Program-made: the position numbers and the translations under genes | In this document: positions 18,133 through 26,847 of the stretch, one piece after another | How positions within the stretch are numbered: position 1 is the first letter of the stretch | How the letters are laid out: each line of letters starts with the position of its first letter | Notes under the pieces: model-generated | Databases searched by the model: none | Told to the model about the DNA's origin: nothing | The model's input: only the letters and a program-made list of their open reading frames with translations | NCBI GenBank assembly: GCA_963751565.1 | Contig: CAVVVA010000013.1 | Span: 28,902-92,901 of the forward strand | Length of the DNA: 64,000 nucleotides | Source: an uncultured Actinomycetes bacterium | GTDB lineage: Bacteria; Actinomycetota; Thermoleophilia; UBA2241 | Direction of reading: 5' to 3'

Positions 18133-19067
18133 GCGGCTCACGACGGGCGGCGGCGAGCGGCCTTCTCATCGAGGCCGTCCACCTCTACCCGACCACGATG
18201 AACACCTACGGCGACCGCGGCAACGTGGCCGCCCTGACCCGGCGCGCCGCCCTGCGCGGCCTCACCGTTCACTGGCACGCCCTCGAGCTCGGCGACCAGC
18301 CGCCGGCCCGCTGCGATCTCGTCTTCATGGGAGGCGGCCAGGACCGCGTGCAGCACGCCGCCGCCGCCGATCTCGCCCGCCTGCGACCCTGGATCTCCGC
18401 CGTCATCGACGGCGGCGGCGTGGTGTTCGCGGTGTGCGCCGGCCTGCAGCTCCTGGGCCGGCGCTACGTCGCGGCCGACGGCAGCGAACTGGCCGGCCTC
18501 GATCTGCTCGACTTCGAGACGCTGGCCGCGCGGCCGGGCGAATGGCGCCTGATCGGCAACGTCGTGGCCGAGGTGCGCGATCTCGGGCGGCAGCCCGGGC
18601 CCGCAGCCGCCGCGGGCGCGGCGGGCGCCGCAGCCGCCGCGGGCGCCGCAGCCGCCGCGGGCGCCGTAGCCGACGGCGACCCGGAGCCCGCCGCCGCGGG
18701 GCCGCCGCTCCTGCTGGCCGGCTTCGAGAACCACGGCGGCCGCACGTTCCTCGGCAAGGCGCGGCCCCTTGGCACGGTGCGCCTCGGCTTTGGCAACAAC
18801 GGCCGCGACGGTGGCGAGGGAGTCCACGCCGGCAGAGTGATCGCGACCTACCTGCACGGCCCGGTGCTGCCCAAGAACGCCTGGCTGACCGACCACCTCC
18901 TGGCGCTTGCCCTGGAGCACGCCGGCGGCGGCGCGCTGGCGCCGCTCGCGCACCCACGCGAGGACGCCGCCCAGCGCGAAGCCGTGCTGGTGGCCGAGCG
19001 CGACGCGGCGCGACGCGGGCGCCTGGGCCGCGCCGTCCGCCGGCTGCGACCCCAGGGCGCCCGATGA
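18129..19067 (+). CDS. gatD: lipid II isoglutaminyl synthase, glutaminase subunit GatD (CobB/CobQ-like GATase)
   Basis: GTG at 18129 overlaps the murT stop (GTGA). 'YPTTMNTYGDRGN', 'FMGGGQD', 'VFAVCAGLQLLG' (nucleophile Cys), 'GFENHGGRT' and 'TYLHGP'. It carries an Ala/Gly-rich insertion. Confidence 0.85.
   Translation: MSGSRRAAASGLLIEAVHLYPTTMNTYGDRGNVAALTRRAALRGLTVHWHALELGDQPPARCDLVFMGGGQDRVQHAAAADLARLRPWISAVIDGGGVVFAVCAGLQLLGRRYVAADGSELAGLDLLDFETLAARPGEWRLIGNVVAEVRDLGRQPGPAAAAGAAGAAAAAGAAAAAGAVADGDPEPAAAGPPLLLAGFENHGGRTFLGKARPLGTVRLGFGNNGRDGGEGVHAGRVIATYLHGPVLPKNAWLTDHLLALALEHAGGGALAPLAHPREDAAQREAVLVAERDAARRGRLGRAVRRLRPQGAR
18599..18677 (+). repeat. in-frame 18-nt tandem repeat (about 4 units) inside gatD encoding (A/G)-rich insert
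   Basis: The unit 'gccgcagccgccgcgggc' is perfectly repeated at 18627-18644 and 18645-18662, with degenerate units on both sides. It translates as 'PAAAAGAAGAAAAAGAAAAAGAV'. Confidence 0.85.
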
Positions 19068-19936
19068 CCTCATCGAGCGGCCGGCGGGGCGGCCCGCCGC
19101 GCGACGCCGGGGTCCGGCGCCTGCTGGCCGACTTCCGCGAACTGCTGGGCCCGGGCAAGCGACCGGCGATCGAGGGCCTAGAGATCGAGTGCCTCTACCG
19201 CACGCGCGGCGACGACGACCGTTCCGAGCTGCGCGAGATCGACGGGTTCGGCGGCGATTTCGTCGACTTCTTCAGCCCCGGGGCGCTCGCCCAGCTCGTG
19301 GTGACGCTCGGCGACGTGCGCGGCAAGGGCGTCGGGGCGGCCGCTCGCGCGATCGTGGCCAAGTACGTGATCCGGGCGATGGTGGCCGGGCAACGCTGGC
19401 CCCTGCGACCCGGCGAGGCGCTGCGCGACGTCCACAATGCGCTGCTCGCGGTGCCCCACGAACCGCACGATTTCGTCACCGTCTGCATCGCCTCGATCGA
19501 CGCCCGCAGCGGCACGGTGGGCCTCGCCACGGCGGGGCACCCCGGCCCCGTCGTGCTGCGCTCCTCCGGCATCGAACGGCCGCTTCTGTTCGGCAACCCG
19601 GCTCTCGGCGTGACCGAGGAGGCCGAGCTCCAGGCCCTGCCCACCGACTACGTCGACCTGGCCCCGGGCGACGCGCTGCTGCTCTACACCGACGGCCTGT
19701 CCGACGCACGCGACCCCGGCGGCCGCTTCTACGGGGACGCGCGCCTCGACGAGGCCCTTGCGGAGCTGCGCGGCCTGCCGGCCGCGCAGCTCCTCCAGAG
19801 CCTGCTCGACGACGCCGGCGCGTTCGGCGGGCGCGCCCCGACCGACGATGTCGCCCTCGTGCTCGTCAGGCGCACGCCCGAGGCAAACGCCGCGCCGCGC
19901 GAGCTCTTCGCCGACCGCGCCGCCGAAGCGCTATAG
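19064..19936 (+). CDS. PP2C/SpoIIE-family serine phosphatase (no sensor domain)
   Basis: ATG at 19064 overlaps the gatD stop (ATGA). 'GGDFVDFF', 'GDVRGKGVGAA', 'LLLYTDGLSDA' and 'TDDVALVLV' match the SpoIIE/RsbU phosphatase motifs. Confidence 0.8.
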   Translation: MTSSSGRRGGPPRDAGVRRLLADFRELLGPGKRPAIEGLEIECLYRTRGDDDRSELREIDGFGGDFVDFFSPGALAQLVVTLGDVRGKGVGAAARAIVAKYVIRAMVAGQRWPLRPGEALRDVHNALLAVPHEPHDFVTVCIASIDARSGTVGLATAGHPGPVVLRSSGIERPLLFGNPALGVTEEAELQALPTDYVDLAPGDALLLYTDGLSDARDPGGRFYGDARLDEALAELRGLPAAQLLQSLLDDAGAFGGRAPTDDVALVLVRRTPEANAAPRELFADRAAEAL

Positions 19937-20007
19937 TGCGGGGGAAATCACGCCGATACGGGGAGCAGCGCGTGACGGCGACAGCGACGGCAGACCGGAG
20001 GAACAGC

Positions 20008-20433
20008 GTGCGTCACTCCCGCTGGCAGCGACAGGATGGCATGATCCGCGAGTCGATCAAGTACGCCTTGGTGATCGTCGTTCTGGGCGTGCTGGTGCTC
20101 GACGGCATCTCGGTCGTGAGCGCTTCGCTCGGCGTGCGCCAGAACGCCTCCGACGCCGCCAACCAGGCGCTCACGACCTTCATCCAGACCAACAACGCCA
20201 CGATGGCGATGCGGAGCGCCTCGACGTTCCTCAAGCTCCACGGCTCGATCCTGCTGAAGGCCAAGAGCAACCTGACGCTTTCGATCCTGGGCGCCGACCA
20301 TTCGACGGTCACGATCACGGCGACCAGGAAGCCCCACACCTATGTCTTCCACTACTTCCAGAGCCTGCCGTGGGGTATCGGGCCCTGGTTCCACAAGCTC
20401 CTCAACCCGACCGCGACCCAGACGAACAGCTGA
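20008..20433 (+). CDS. hypothetical signal-anchored protein
   Basis: GTG at 20008 lies 5 nt after GGAGGA (ATG 20041 is an alternative). A basic N-terminus is followed by a TM helix 'YALVIVVLGVLVLDGISVV' and about 100 aa of soluble sequence. No family recognised. Confidence 0.45.
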   Translation: MRHSRWQRQDGMIRESIKYALVIVVLGVLVLDGISVVSASLGVRQNASDAANQALTTFIQTNNATMAMRSASTFLKLHGSILLKAKSNLTLSILGADHSTVTITATRKPHTYVFHYFQSLPWGIGPWFHKLLNPTATQTNS

Positions 20434-20468
20434 CGAGCGGCCGGCAGCGGCCGCTGGCCCGCCGCGCG

Positions 20469-20942
20469 TCACCAGTCGTCGGGCTCGGCGACAGGGGGTT
20501 GCGACCGTCCTTCAAGAAAGCCACGTACCTCGACACGCACGAGCAGATCGATGAAGGCGTCGACCTGCTGCATCTCATCCATCGTCTCGCCGAAAGCCGG
20601 CAGGTCGCCGACCACGAGCGCGTCGATCAGCACCTTCCAGATGGCCGCGCGCACCTGCTGCACCCCGGCGATCACGTCTGTCAGGTCAAATCCGAGCGCT
20701 CCCCGGCGGGCGGCGTCGCCGGCGGTCTCGCTCTCGATGCGGCCGACGATGCCGGGCACCTCGTAGGCCTCGGCCTGCGACAAGGCGATCAGGTCGTCGA
20801 CGATGTGACGCACGAGGCGGACGCCCAGAGGACTCGCCAGCACGTCGAGGTACTCCTCACCGACCGCGCCCTTCAGCGCCGTCACCCAAGCCCCGTGGAG
20901 CTCGTCGCGGTGGTCGCGCAGGAGCAGGGCGAGCTGTCTCAT
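20469..20942 (-). CDS. stand-alone RsbRD-N-terminal-like (stressosome sensor N-domain-like) protein
   Basis: 157 aa. The opening 'LALLLRDHRDELHGAWVTAL...' and the all-helical pattern resemble the RsbR/RsbRD N-terminal domain. The start overlaps the larB stop (ATGA at 20939-20942). Confidence 0.5.
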   Translation of the reverse strand: MRQLALLLRDHRDELHGAWVTALKGAVGEEYLDVLASPLGVRLVRHIVDDLIALSQAEAYEVPGIVGRIESETAGDAARRGALGFDLTDVIAGVQQVRAAIWKVLIDALVVGDLPAFGETMDEMQQVDAFIDLLVRVEVRGFLEGRSQPPVAEPDDW

Positions 20943-21727
20943 GACGACCCCCGTCGGGCGATGAGAGCGGCCGTCACGCCGGCCCCCACGCCGTTGTCGA
21001 TGTTGACCACCACGAGACCGGGCGAGCAGCTCTGCAGCATGCCGAGCAGCGCGGCCTCGCCCCGTCCACCCAGACCGTAGCCGGTCGACACCGGCAGTCC
21101 GATGACCGGCGCCTCGACGAGCCCGCACACGACCGAGGGCAGCGCCCCCTCCATGCCGGCGGCGACGATCAGCGCGCCGGCGCCGGCGGCGGTCATCTCG
21201 CGCAGCGGGCCCATCAGCCTGTGCACGCCGGCCACGCCGACGTCGTAGGCGGTGAGCACGTCGACGCCCATCTCGCGGCACACGATGGCCGCCTCGTCGG
21301 CGATCCCCGTGTCGCTCGTGCCGCCCGCCAACACACCGACCACGCCACAAGACGCAGGTGGGCGGTAGTCGCCGCGCCGCACGACCAGGGTGCGGGCGCG
21401 CTCGTGCCAGACCGCCTCGCCGTCGGGCGGCGCGGCCACGGCCGCCGCCTGCTCCGGCGACACTTTGCTGGCTACCACCACGGCGGCGCGCGCGACGAAA
21501 GCCGCGACGATGGCGGCGAACTGGTCGACAGTCTTGCCGTCGCCGAAGACGATCTCGGGCACACCCTTGCGGTGCGCCCTTCCCGTGTCGAGGCAGGCGA
21601 AATCGCCGACCGACGTCAGCCCGAGGCCGGCGAGGCCTTCGGCCGCATCGTCGACACTCGTGCGTCCCGCCGCGACGTCGGCCAGCAGAGCCCGCAGGTC
21701 GTCGTGTGCGCCGTCACTTGAGTTCAC
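20939..21727 (-). CDS. larB: nickel-pincer cofactor biosynthesis protein LarB (PurE-like AIR-carboxylase fold)
   Basis: 'GVPEIVFGDGKT', 'AGGTSDTGIADEA', 'DVGVAGVHRL', 'AAGMEGALPSVV.GL...PVIGLP.S.GYG' and 'VVNIDNGVGAG' are the LarB hallmark blocks. Confidence 0.85.
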   Translation of the reverse strand: MNSSDGAHDDLRALLADVAAGRTSVDDAAEGLAGLGLTSVGDFACLDTGRAHRKGVPEIVFGDGKTVDQFAAIVAAFVARAAVVVASKVSPEQAAAVAAPPDGEAVWHERARTLVVRRGDYRPPASCGVVGVLAGGTSDTGIADEAAIVCREMGVDVLTAYDVGVAGVHRLMGPLREMTAAGAGALIVAAGMEGALPSVVCGLVEAPVIGLPVSTGYGLGGRGEAALLGMLQSCSPGLVVVNIDNGVGAGVTAALIARRGSS

Positions 21728-21765
21728 GCCGCTCCTTCACTTGCTCACCAGCCACAGCATACCCC

Positions 21766-23367
21766 GTGGTCGGCCGCACCCGCACCCAACGACGAGCTCT
21801 TAGAACGGGCGGCCAAATCCTGTATCCTTCGGAGGTCTGGTCAAGACGGAGCCCGAGGACTGCAATCTCTTTCGCAGCGCATCATCGTTTCCGGATCGTC
21901 GCGATCGTCGCCTTGGCCGTCGTCGCCGCTTTCGTCGCGTTCGAGTTCATCACCGCCCCCCGCATCTCGGCCGTGACGCCGAGCCCGGGGTCGAGCCTCG
22001 ACCGCGACTCGCTCGTGGTCAGCGTCGAGGTGCCCGGCGCCCAGCGCCTGCACGACCTGGCGGTGCGCCTCGACGGCCGCGACGTAACCCCCAGCGTGCG
22101 CAGCGACGCGCAGCGGCTCTACTTCGAGACCGGGCGGCTGTCGCAGGGCGACCACACCATCAGCCTCACGGCGGGCACCTCCGACGTGCTGCGGCCAAGA
22201 CTCTCCAAGAGCTGGCGCTTCAACGTCGACACCATCCCGCCGACGATCACCCTGCGCGGAACCCGCAACGGCTCGGTCGTCACGGCGAGCCCCGTGCCGC
22301 TCAGCGGCACGACCGAGCCGGGCGCCACCGTGGTCGCCTCGGCGGGCACACACACGGTGACGGCGCAGGCCGAGTCGGGCGGCGCGTTCTCGCTCGCTCT
22401 GCCCGTGGCCGACGGCCCCGCCCGGATCGAGGTCACGGCCACCGACCGGGCCGGCAACGCGACCAGGCTGCACCGCACGCTCACCGTCGACGCCACGCCG
22501 CCCGAGCTCACCCTCACCGGCCTTCAGGCAGTCGAGAAGCACAGCACCCCGAAGGCCGACGTGATCGCCACCGACGCGGCCGGCACGCCGGTCGTCAGAA
22601 TGATCCTCGACGGGCACGTCATCCTGACCCAGAAGGCTGCGTGGCAGATCAAGATACCGTTCGACAAGCTGCCCGAGGGTCTGCACACGCTGGTCGTCAA
22701 GGCCACCGACATCGGCCACCACGTGACGACCGACAAACGCACGTTCCTGGTCAACAGCACCGAGAAGCTCGGCAAGGCGACGCTCATCTACGGCGCGCGC
22801 GGCCGCGACGTTGAGCAGCTCCAGCGCAAGCTGCGCGCCCAGGGCTACTACCGCGGGCCCATCAACGGCTTTCTGGGCAAGCGCACCGTCAAGGCGGTCA
22901 AGCGCTTCCAGGCTTCGATCGGCATCCCGGCCGACGGGATCGTCGGCCCCCAGCTGATCGGCGGCCTGTCGGGCCGCATCGTGATCATCCAGTCCGAGCA
23001 CCGGCTGTACTTCTACCTGAACGGCAAGCTCAAGAAGGAGTTCCCGGTGGCGACCGGCCAGGCGGCCTACCCCACGCCCAACGGCATCACCTCCGTCGTG
23101 TGGATGACCAAGGACCCGACCTGGACACCTCCCGACTCACCGTGGGCGGCGGGCGCCAAGCCGGTCGCGCCCGGTCCCAACAACCCCGTGGGCATGCGCT
23201 GGATCGGCACCGGCTTCTCGGGTGTGGGCATCCACGGCGTGCCGGCGTCAGAGGACTACTCGATCGGCACCTACGCCTCGCACGGCTGCATCCGCATGTA
23301 CGAATGGGACGTCGAGCAGCTCTACGACTGGGTCACCGTCGGCATGCCGATCATCATCAAGCCGTAG
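21766..23367 (+). CDS. L,D-transpeptidase (YkuD) with Ig-like domains and a peptidoglycan-binding domain
   Basis: C-terminal 'GIHG........G...SHGCIRM' is the YkuD catalytic motif. 'LQRKLRAQGYYRGPINGFLGKRTVKAVKRFQ' is a PG_binding_1 domain. N-terminal TM helix plus several Ig-like repeats. The start is uncertain; GTG 21766 is the first in-frame start after the divergent larB. Confidence 0.8.
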   Translation: MVGRTRTQRRALRTGGQILYPSEVWSRRSPRTAISFAAHHRFRIVAIVALAVVAAFVAFEFITAPRISAVTPSPGSSLDRDSLVVSVEVPGAQRLHDLAVRLDGRDVTPSVRSDAQRLYFETGRLSQGDHTISLTAGTSDVLRPRLSKSWRFNVDTIPPTITLRGTRNGSVVTASPVPLSGTTEPGATVVASAGTHTVTAQAESGGAFSLALPVADGPARIEVTATDRAGNATRLHRTLTVDATPPELTLTGLQAVEKHSTPKADVIATDAAGTPVVRMILDGHVILTQKAAWQIKIPFDKLPEGLHTLVVKATDIGHHVTTDKRTFLVNSTEKLGKATLIYGARGRDVEQLQRKLRAQGYYRGPINGFLGKRTVKAVKRFQASIGIPADGIVGPQLIGGLSGRIVIIQSEHRLYFYLNGKLKKEFPVATGQAAYPTPNGITSVVWMTKDPTWTPPDSPWAAGAKPVAPGPNNPVGMRWIGTGFSGVGIHGVPASEDYSIGTYASHGCIRMYEWDVEQLYDWVTVGMPIIIKP

Positions 23368-23415
23368 AGCGCGGCCCTTCCTTGACCGCACACCACAGGC
23401 GAGAGGCGACCTCCC

Positions 23416-24708
23416 GTGGCTGACATCCGTCCGTTCCGCGGCCTGCGCTACGACACCGACCGCGTCGCGCTCCCCGACGTCGTCTGCCCGCCCTACGACG
23501 TGATCTCGCCGGCCGCGGCCGCGGCGCTGCGGCGGCGCAGCCCGTACAACGCCGTGCACGTCGAGCTGCCCGAGTCGCCGACGGGCCGCCCCGGCGACCG
23601 CTACGCGGCGGCCGCCGGGCTGCTCGGCGCCTGGCGCGCCGACGGCGTGCTGCGCGCCGACGACGAGCCGACCCTGTACCTGATCGAGCAGAGCTTCACG
23701 GGGCCCGACGGCCGCGAGCGCACGCGGCACGGCTTCATCTGCCGCCTGCGACTTGAGGACTTCGCGGCGCGCGTCGTGCTGCCTCACGAGAAGACCCACG
23801 CGGCGCCCAAGCTCGATCGCCTCGAGCTGCTGCGCGCGACGCACGCCAACCTGAGCCAGATCCTGCTGCTCTACGCCGACCCCGGCAACGAGGTCGGGCG
23901 GGCGCTGGCGGCGGCTGCGCCGCCGCCAGCGCCCGCCCTCGAGGCGCCCGACGCCGACGGCAACCCCTGCCGCCTGCGGCCGCTCGGCGGCCCGGCCGTC
24001 GACCGGGTCGTGTCGCTGCTCGCCGGCAGGCAGCTGCTGATCGCCGACGGCCACCATCGCTACGAGACGGCCCTCGCCTATCGCGCTGAGCGCCGCGCCG
24101 CCGGCGACGCCTCCGCCGACTGGGTCATGGTCTGCCTGTCGAGCATGGACGACCCAGGCCTCGCGGTCTTTGCCACCCACCGGCTGCTCAAGGGCGTCTC
24201 CCTGCCGCCGGCCGACGAGGTCGTCGCGCGCCTGCGCCCGGCGTTCACCGTGGTGGCGCAGGGGGGCGGCACCCCGCGGGACTGCGCCCCGGCGATGGAG
24301 CGCGTGAGTCGCTCGACCGGCCCCGGCAAGGCGTTGGGTCTGTACTTTGCGGCCGAGCGCCGCTGCGTCACGCTGGAGCTGCGCGACGCGTCCATCGTGG
24401 ACGATCTGACCCGGCGCGGCCTGTCGCCGGCCCAGGCCCGGCTGTCGATCACGCTGCTGGCCGAGCTCGTTTTTCGCGACGCGCTCGGCCTCGACCCCGA
24501 CCGTCTCGAGGGCCACCTCGACTTCGCCAGGAGTGTCGACGACGCCGTAGCCGACCTCGAGGGCGGCGACTACCGCCTCGCCGCCTTCCTCGGAGCCACG
24601 CCGATGGACGAGGTGCAAACGATCGCCGAGCGGGGCGAGACGATGCCCCAGAAGTCGACCTATTTTTACCCGAAGCTCCTCACCGGCCTCGTCTTCAACG
24701 CCCTCTAG
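23416..24708 (+). CDS. DUF1015 family protein
   Basis: 'IRPFRGLRYD......V.CPPYDVIS', 'HE.T' and 'IADGHHRYETA' form the characteristic DUF1015 pattern. 430 aa. Confidence 0.8.
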   Translation: MADIRPFRGLRYDTDRVALPDVVCPPYDVISPAAAAALRRRSPYNAVHVELPESPTGRPGDRYAAAAGLLGAWRADGVLRADDEPTLYLIEQSFTGPDGRERTRHGFICRLRLEDFAARVVLPHEKTHAAPKLDRLELLRATHANLSQILLLYADPGNEVGRALAAAAPPPAPALEAPDADGNPCRLRPLGGPAVDRVVSLLAGRQLLIADGHHRYETALAYRAERRAAGDASADWVMVCLSSMDDPGLAVFATHRLLKGVSLPPADEVVARLRPAFTVVAQGGGTPRDCAPAMERVSRSTGPGKALGLYFAAERRCVTLELRDASIVDDLTRRGLSPAQARLSITLLAELVFRDALGLDPDRLEGHLDFARSVDDAVADLEGGDYRLAAFLGATPMDEVQTIAERGETMPQKSTYFYPKLLTGLVFNAL

Positions 24709-24732
24709 CGGTTCCGACCGGGAGACCGCGCC

Positions 24733-25374
24733 GTGAGCCTCGTCCTGATGTTCTTCTCATCGCTGCTGATCGCCTACTCGGGGGCGCTCATGCCGGGGCC
24801 GATGCTGACCGTCGTGGTCACCGAGACGCCGCGCCAAGGCGCCAGAGCGGGACCCCTCGTCGTGCTGGGCCACGCGATCCTCGAGCTGACGCTGCTGATC
24901 CTGCTGGTCGTCGGGCTCGGGCCGATCCTCAAGCATCACACCGTCCAGGCCGTGCTGCAGATCGCCGGCGGGATCATGCTCGTCTGGACCGCCGTGTCGA
25001 TGATCGTCGCGCTGGCACGCCGGCGGGTGAACATCGACTGGCAGGGCGGCGCCGGCGGCGGCAAGGCGCGCGCGGTGCTGATGGGCGTCGTCTCGAGCCT
25101 CGCCAACCCCTACTGGACGATCTGGTGGGTGACCATCGGCCTGGGCCTGCTCACCAAGGCCTACGCCCTGGGCGTCGCCGGCCTGGTCGCCTTCTACCTC
25201 GGCCACATCACCGGCGACCTCACCTGGTACTCGCTGGTGAGCGGCGCCATCGCCGCCGGCAAGCGCTTCATCACGCCCCGGGTCTACCGCACGATGGTGG
25301 GCGTCGCGGCGGCGTTCCTGCTCGTCCTGGCCGCCTGGTTTCTCAGCTCGGGCATCCGCGCGGCCGTAGGGTAG
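24733..25374 (+). CDS. LysE/RhtB-family amino-acid exporter
   Basis: 213 aa, about six TM segments, N-terminal 'PGPM' motif, 'NPYWTIWW'. Confidence 0.75.
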   Translation: MSLVLMFFSSLLIAYSGALMPGPMLTVVVTETPRQGARAGPLVVLGHAILELTLLILLVVGLGPILKHHTVQAVLQIAGGIMLVWTAVSMIVALARRRVNIDWQGGAGGGKARAVLMGVVSSLANPYWTIWWVTIGLGLLTKAYALGVAGLVAFYLGHITGDLTWYSLVSGAIAAGKRFITPRVYRTMVGVAAAFLLVLAAWFLSSGIRAAVG

Positions 25375-25383
25375 CGGCCGGCC

Positions 25384-26847
25384 CTACGCGCGCAGCTCGG
25401 CGTCGGCGGCCGCCAGGATGCGGGCGAGCTCGGCCTTCTGGTCGTCGGGCAGCGGCTCCGGCACGTGGTTGGCGTCGATCCAGGCGGCGCGCTCGCGGGC
25501 CACCTCGAGCGGGTCGCGAAAGCCCCCGCCGGGCGCCGGCTGGTGAGTGATGGCCGGCACGAACGACGTGCGCAGATGCTTGCGCGTGTGCTTGGTCCCC
25601 AGGTAGTGACCGCCGGGGCCCACCTCGCGCACGGCGTCGAGGGCGAGCGCCTCGTCGCCCAGGTCGAGGTCCATGATCGCGTAGCGGGCGCGGTGGTAGA
25701 CGTCGTTGGAGAGCAGGATGTCGGCCGGGTCGAAGACCGTGTAGACGTCGAGCAGCCCGATGCTCGGCAGGAGGTCGCTGCCTTCCCAGGCCGCCTGCAC
25801 AAGATCGATGCCGTCCTCGACGCCGGCCTGCCACGTGCCGGGCTTCTTGGAGTCGGTGCCGCAGCAAGCCGCCTCGCTGGGCACGCCCCAGTGATGGGCG
25901 AGCTCGGTGGCCAGAAAGCGGCAGCGTCCGTCGAGAGGGAAGCTCACAAATCCGCCGGTACGCGGGTCGGCGTAGCTCTGCATGATCGAGTGGGCCACGG
26001 GTGCGCCCGGAAACGCGAGCTGCACGAGGACGGTGGCGCTCACCAGCTCGGCCGCGCCGACGGCGAACGCGCCGGCACGCGTGGCCGGCGCCGTCGTGCC
26101 CAGCGTCGGCATGGTGACGAAGGTCACGGGCACGCCGGCCGCGGCGAACACGAGGGCCGCTTCGATGCCGCCCTTGTCCTGCACCAGAGGCGAGATGGTG
26201 CCGATCAGATCGGAGAGCACCGGCCGGCGGCGCAGCCGCCCGGCGCCGCCGGCGATGACGGTCGCCATCTCGACCGCGTAGCGCGCCTCGCGCTCGCCGT
26301 TGACCATGCCCTGCAGGTGCTTGACGGTGTTGTTCCAGCCGGCGTCGAGCTCGTGCAGCTGCGCGGTCTCGCCGCAGTCGCCGGCCGAGACCGTGGGCCA
26401 CCAGAAGGCGATCGACGACAGGTAGTCGGTGAGGCGCGTGACGCGCGCGAGGTCGGCCTTGGTCGAGGGCCGCTTGACGCCCGTGTCGAAGTCGACGATC
26501 TCGACCCCACAGCCGTCGGTCGTGCAGTACGTGGTGTCGTCGGCGATGGAAAACGCACACGACGGGTCGCGGGCGCCGAGGTCGAAGTAGCGCGGCGCCG
26601 TCGCCATGGCCGCGAGCACGAGGTCGGGTGGGAACGTGACGACCTGCCGCTCACGGTCGACCCCGCAGCCGTGCCCGGCGAGGATGTCGAGGGCCTTCGC
26701 CGAGGGGAACCTCACGCCCACGGTCTCGAGGATGTCGAGGGTGGCCTGCTTGATCCGGTCGAGCTGCGCCGGTGAGTGGAAGCGCAGCGTGAAGGCGCGC
26801 TTGAGGGGCTCGATCGGCGGACGCTGAGGGGTCTTCTCGACGGTCAT
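25384..26847 (-). CDS. MttB-superfamily (non-pyrrolysine) methyltransferase, glycine-betaine/quaternary-amine type
   Basis: 'L...QLDRIKQATLDILETVGVRF....AL.IL..HG' and the overall trimethylamine-methyltransferase pattern. There is no in-frame TAG. ATG at 26847 is preceded by AGGAG; the upstream extension to 26979 is unlikely. Confidence 0.85.
   Translation of the reverse strand: MTVEKTPQRPPIEPLKRAFTLRFHSPAQLDRIKQATLDILETVGVRFPSAKALDILAGHGCGVDRERQVVTFPPDLVLAAMATAPRYFDLGARDPSCAFSIADDTTYCTTDGCGVEIVDFDTGVKRPSTKADLARVTRLTDYLSSIAFWWPTVSAGDCGETAQLHELDAGWNNTVKHLQGMVNGEREARYAVEMATVIAGGAGRLRRRPVLSDLIGTISPLVQDKGGIEAALVFAAAGVPVTFVTMPTLGTTAPATRAGAFAVGAAELVSATVLVQLAFPGAPVAHSIMQSYADPRTGGFVSFPLDGRCRFLATELAHHWGVPSEAACCGTDSKKPGTWQAGVEDGIDLVQAAWEGSDLLPSIGLLDVYTVFDPADILLSNDVYHRARYAIMDLDLGDEALALDAVREVGPGGHYLGTKHTRKHLRTSFVPAITHQPAPGGGFRDPLEVARERAAWIDANHVPEPLPDDQKAELARILAAADAELRA

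Noticed and set aside
18599-18677. CRISPR-like appearance of short GC-rich repeats (also 36398-36451, 38692-38750, 41477-41556 and 42946-43020)
   Set aside because: The units are directly adjacent with no unique spacers, are 18-25 nt long, and are mostly in frame inside genes. No cas genes are present. These are tandem repeats, not CRISPR arrays.
25384-26847. Pyrrolysine (in-frame TAG) in the MttB-family gene
   Set aside because: The reading frame is uninterrupted from ATG 26847 to the stop at 25384. This is a non-Pyl member.
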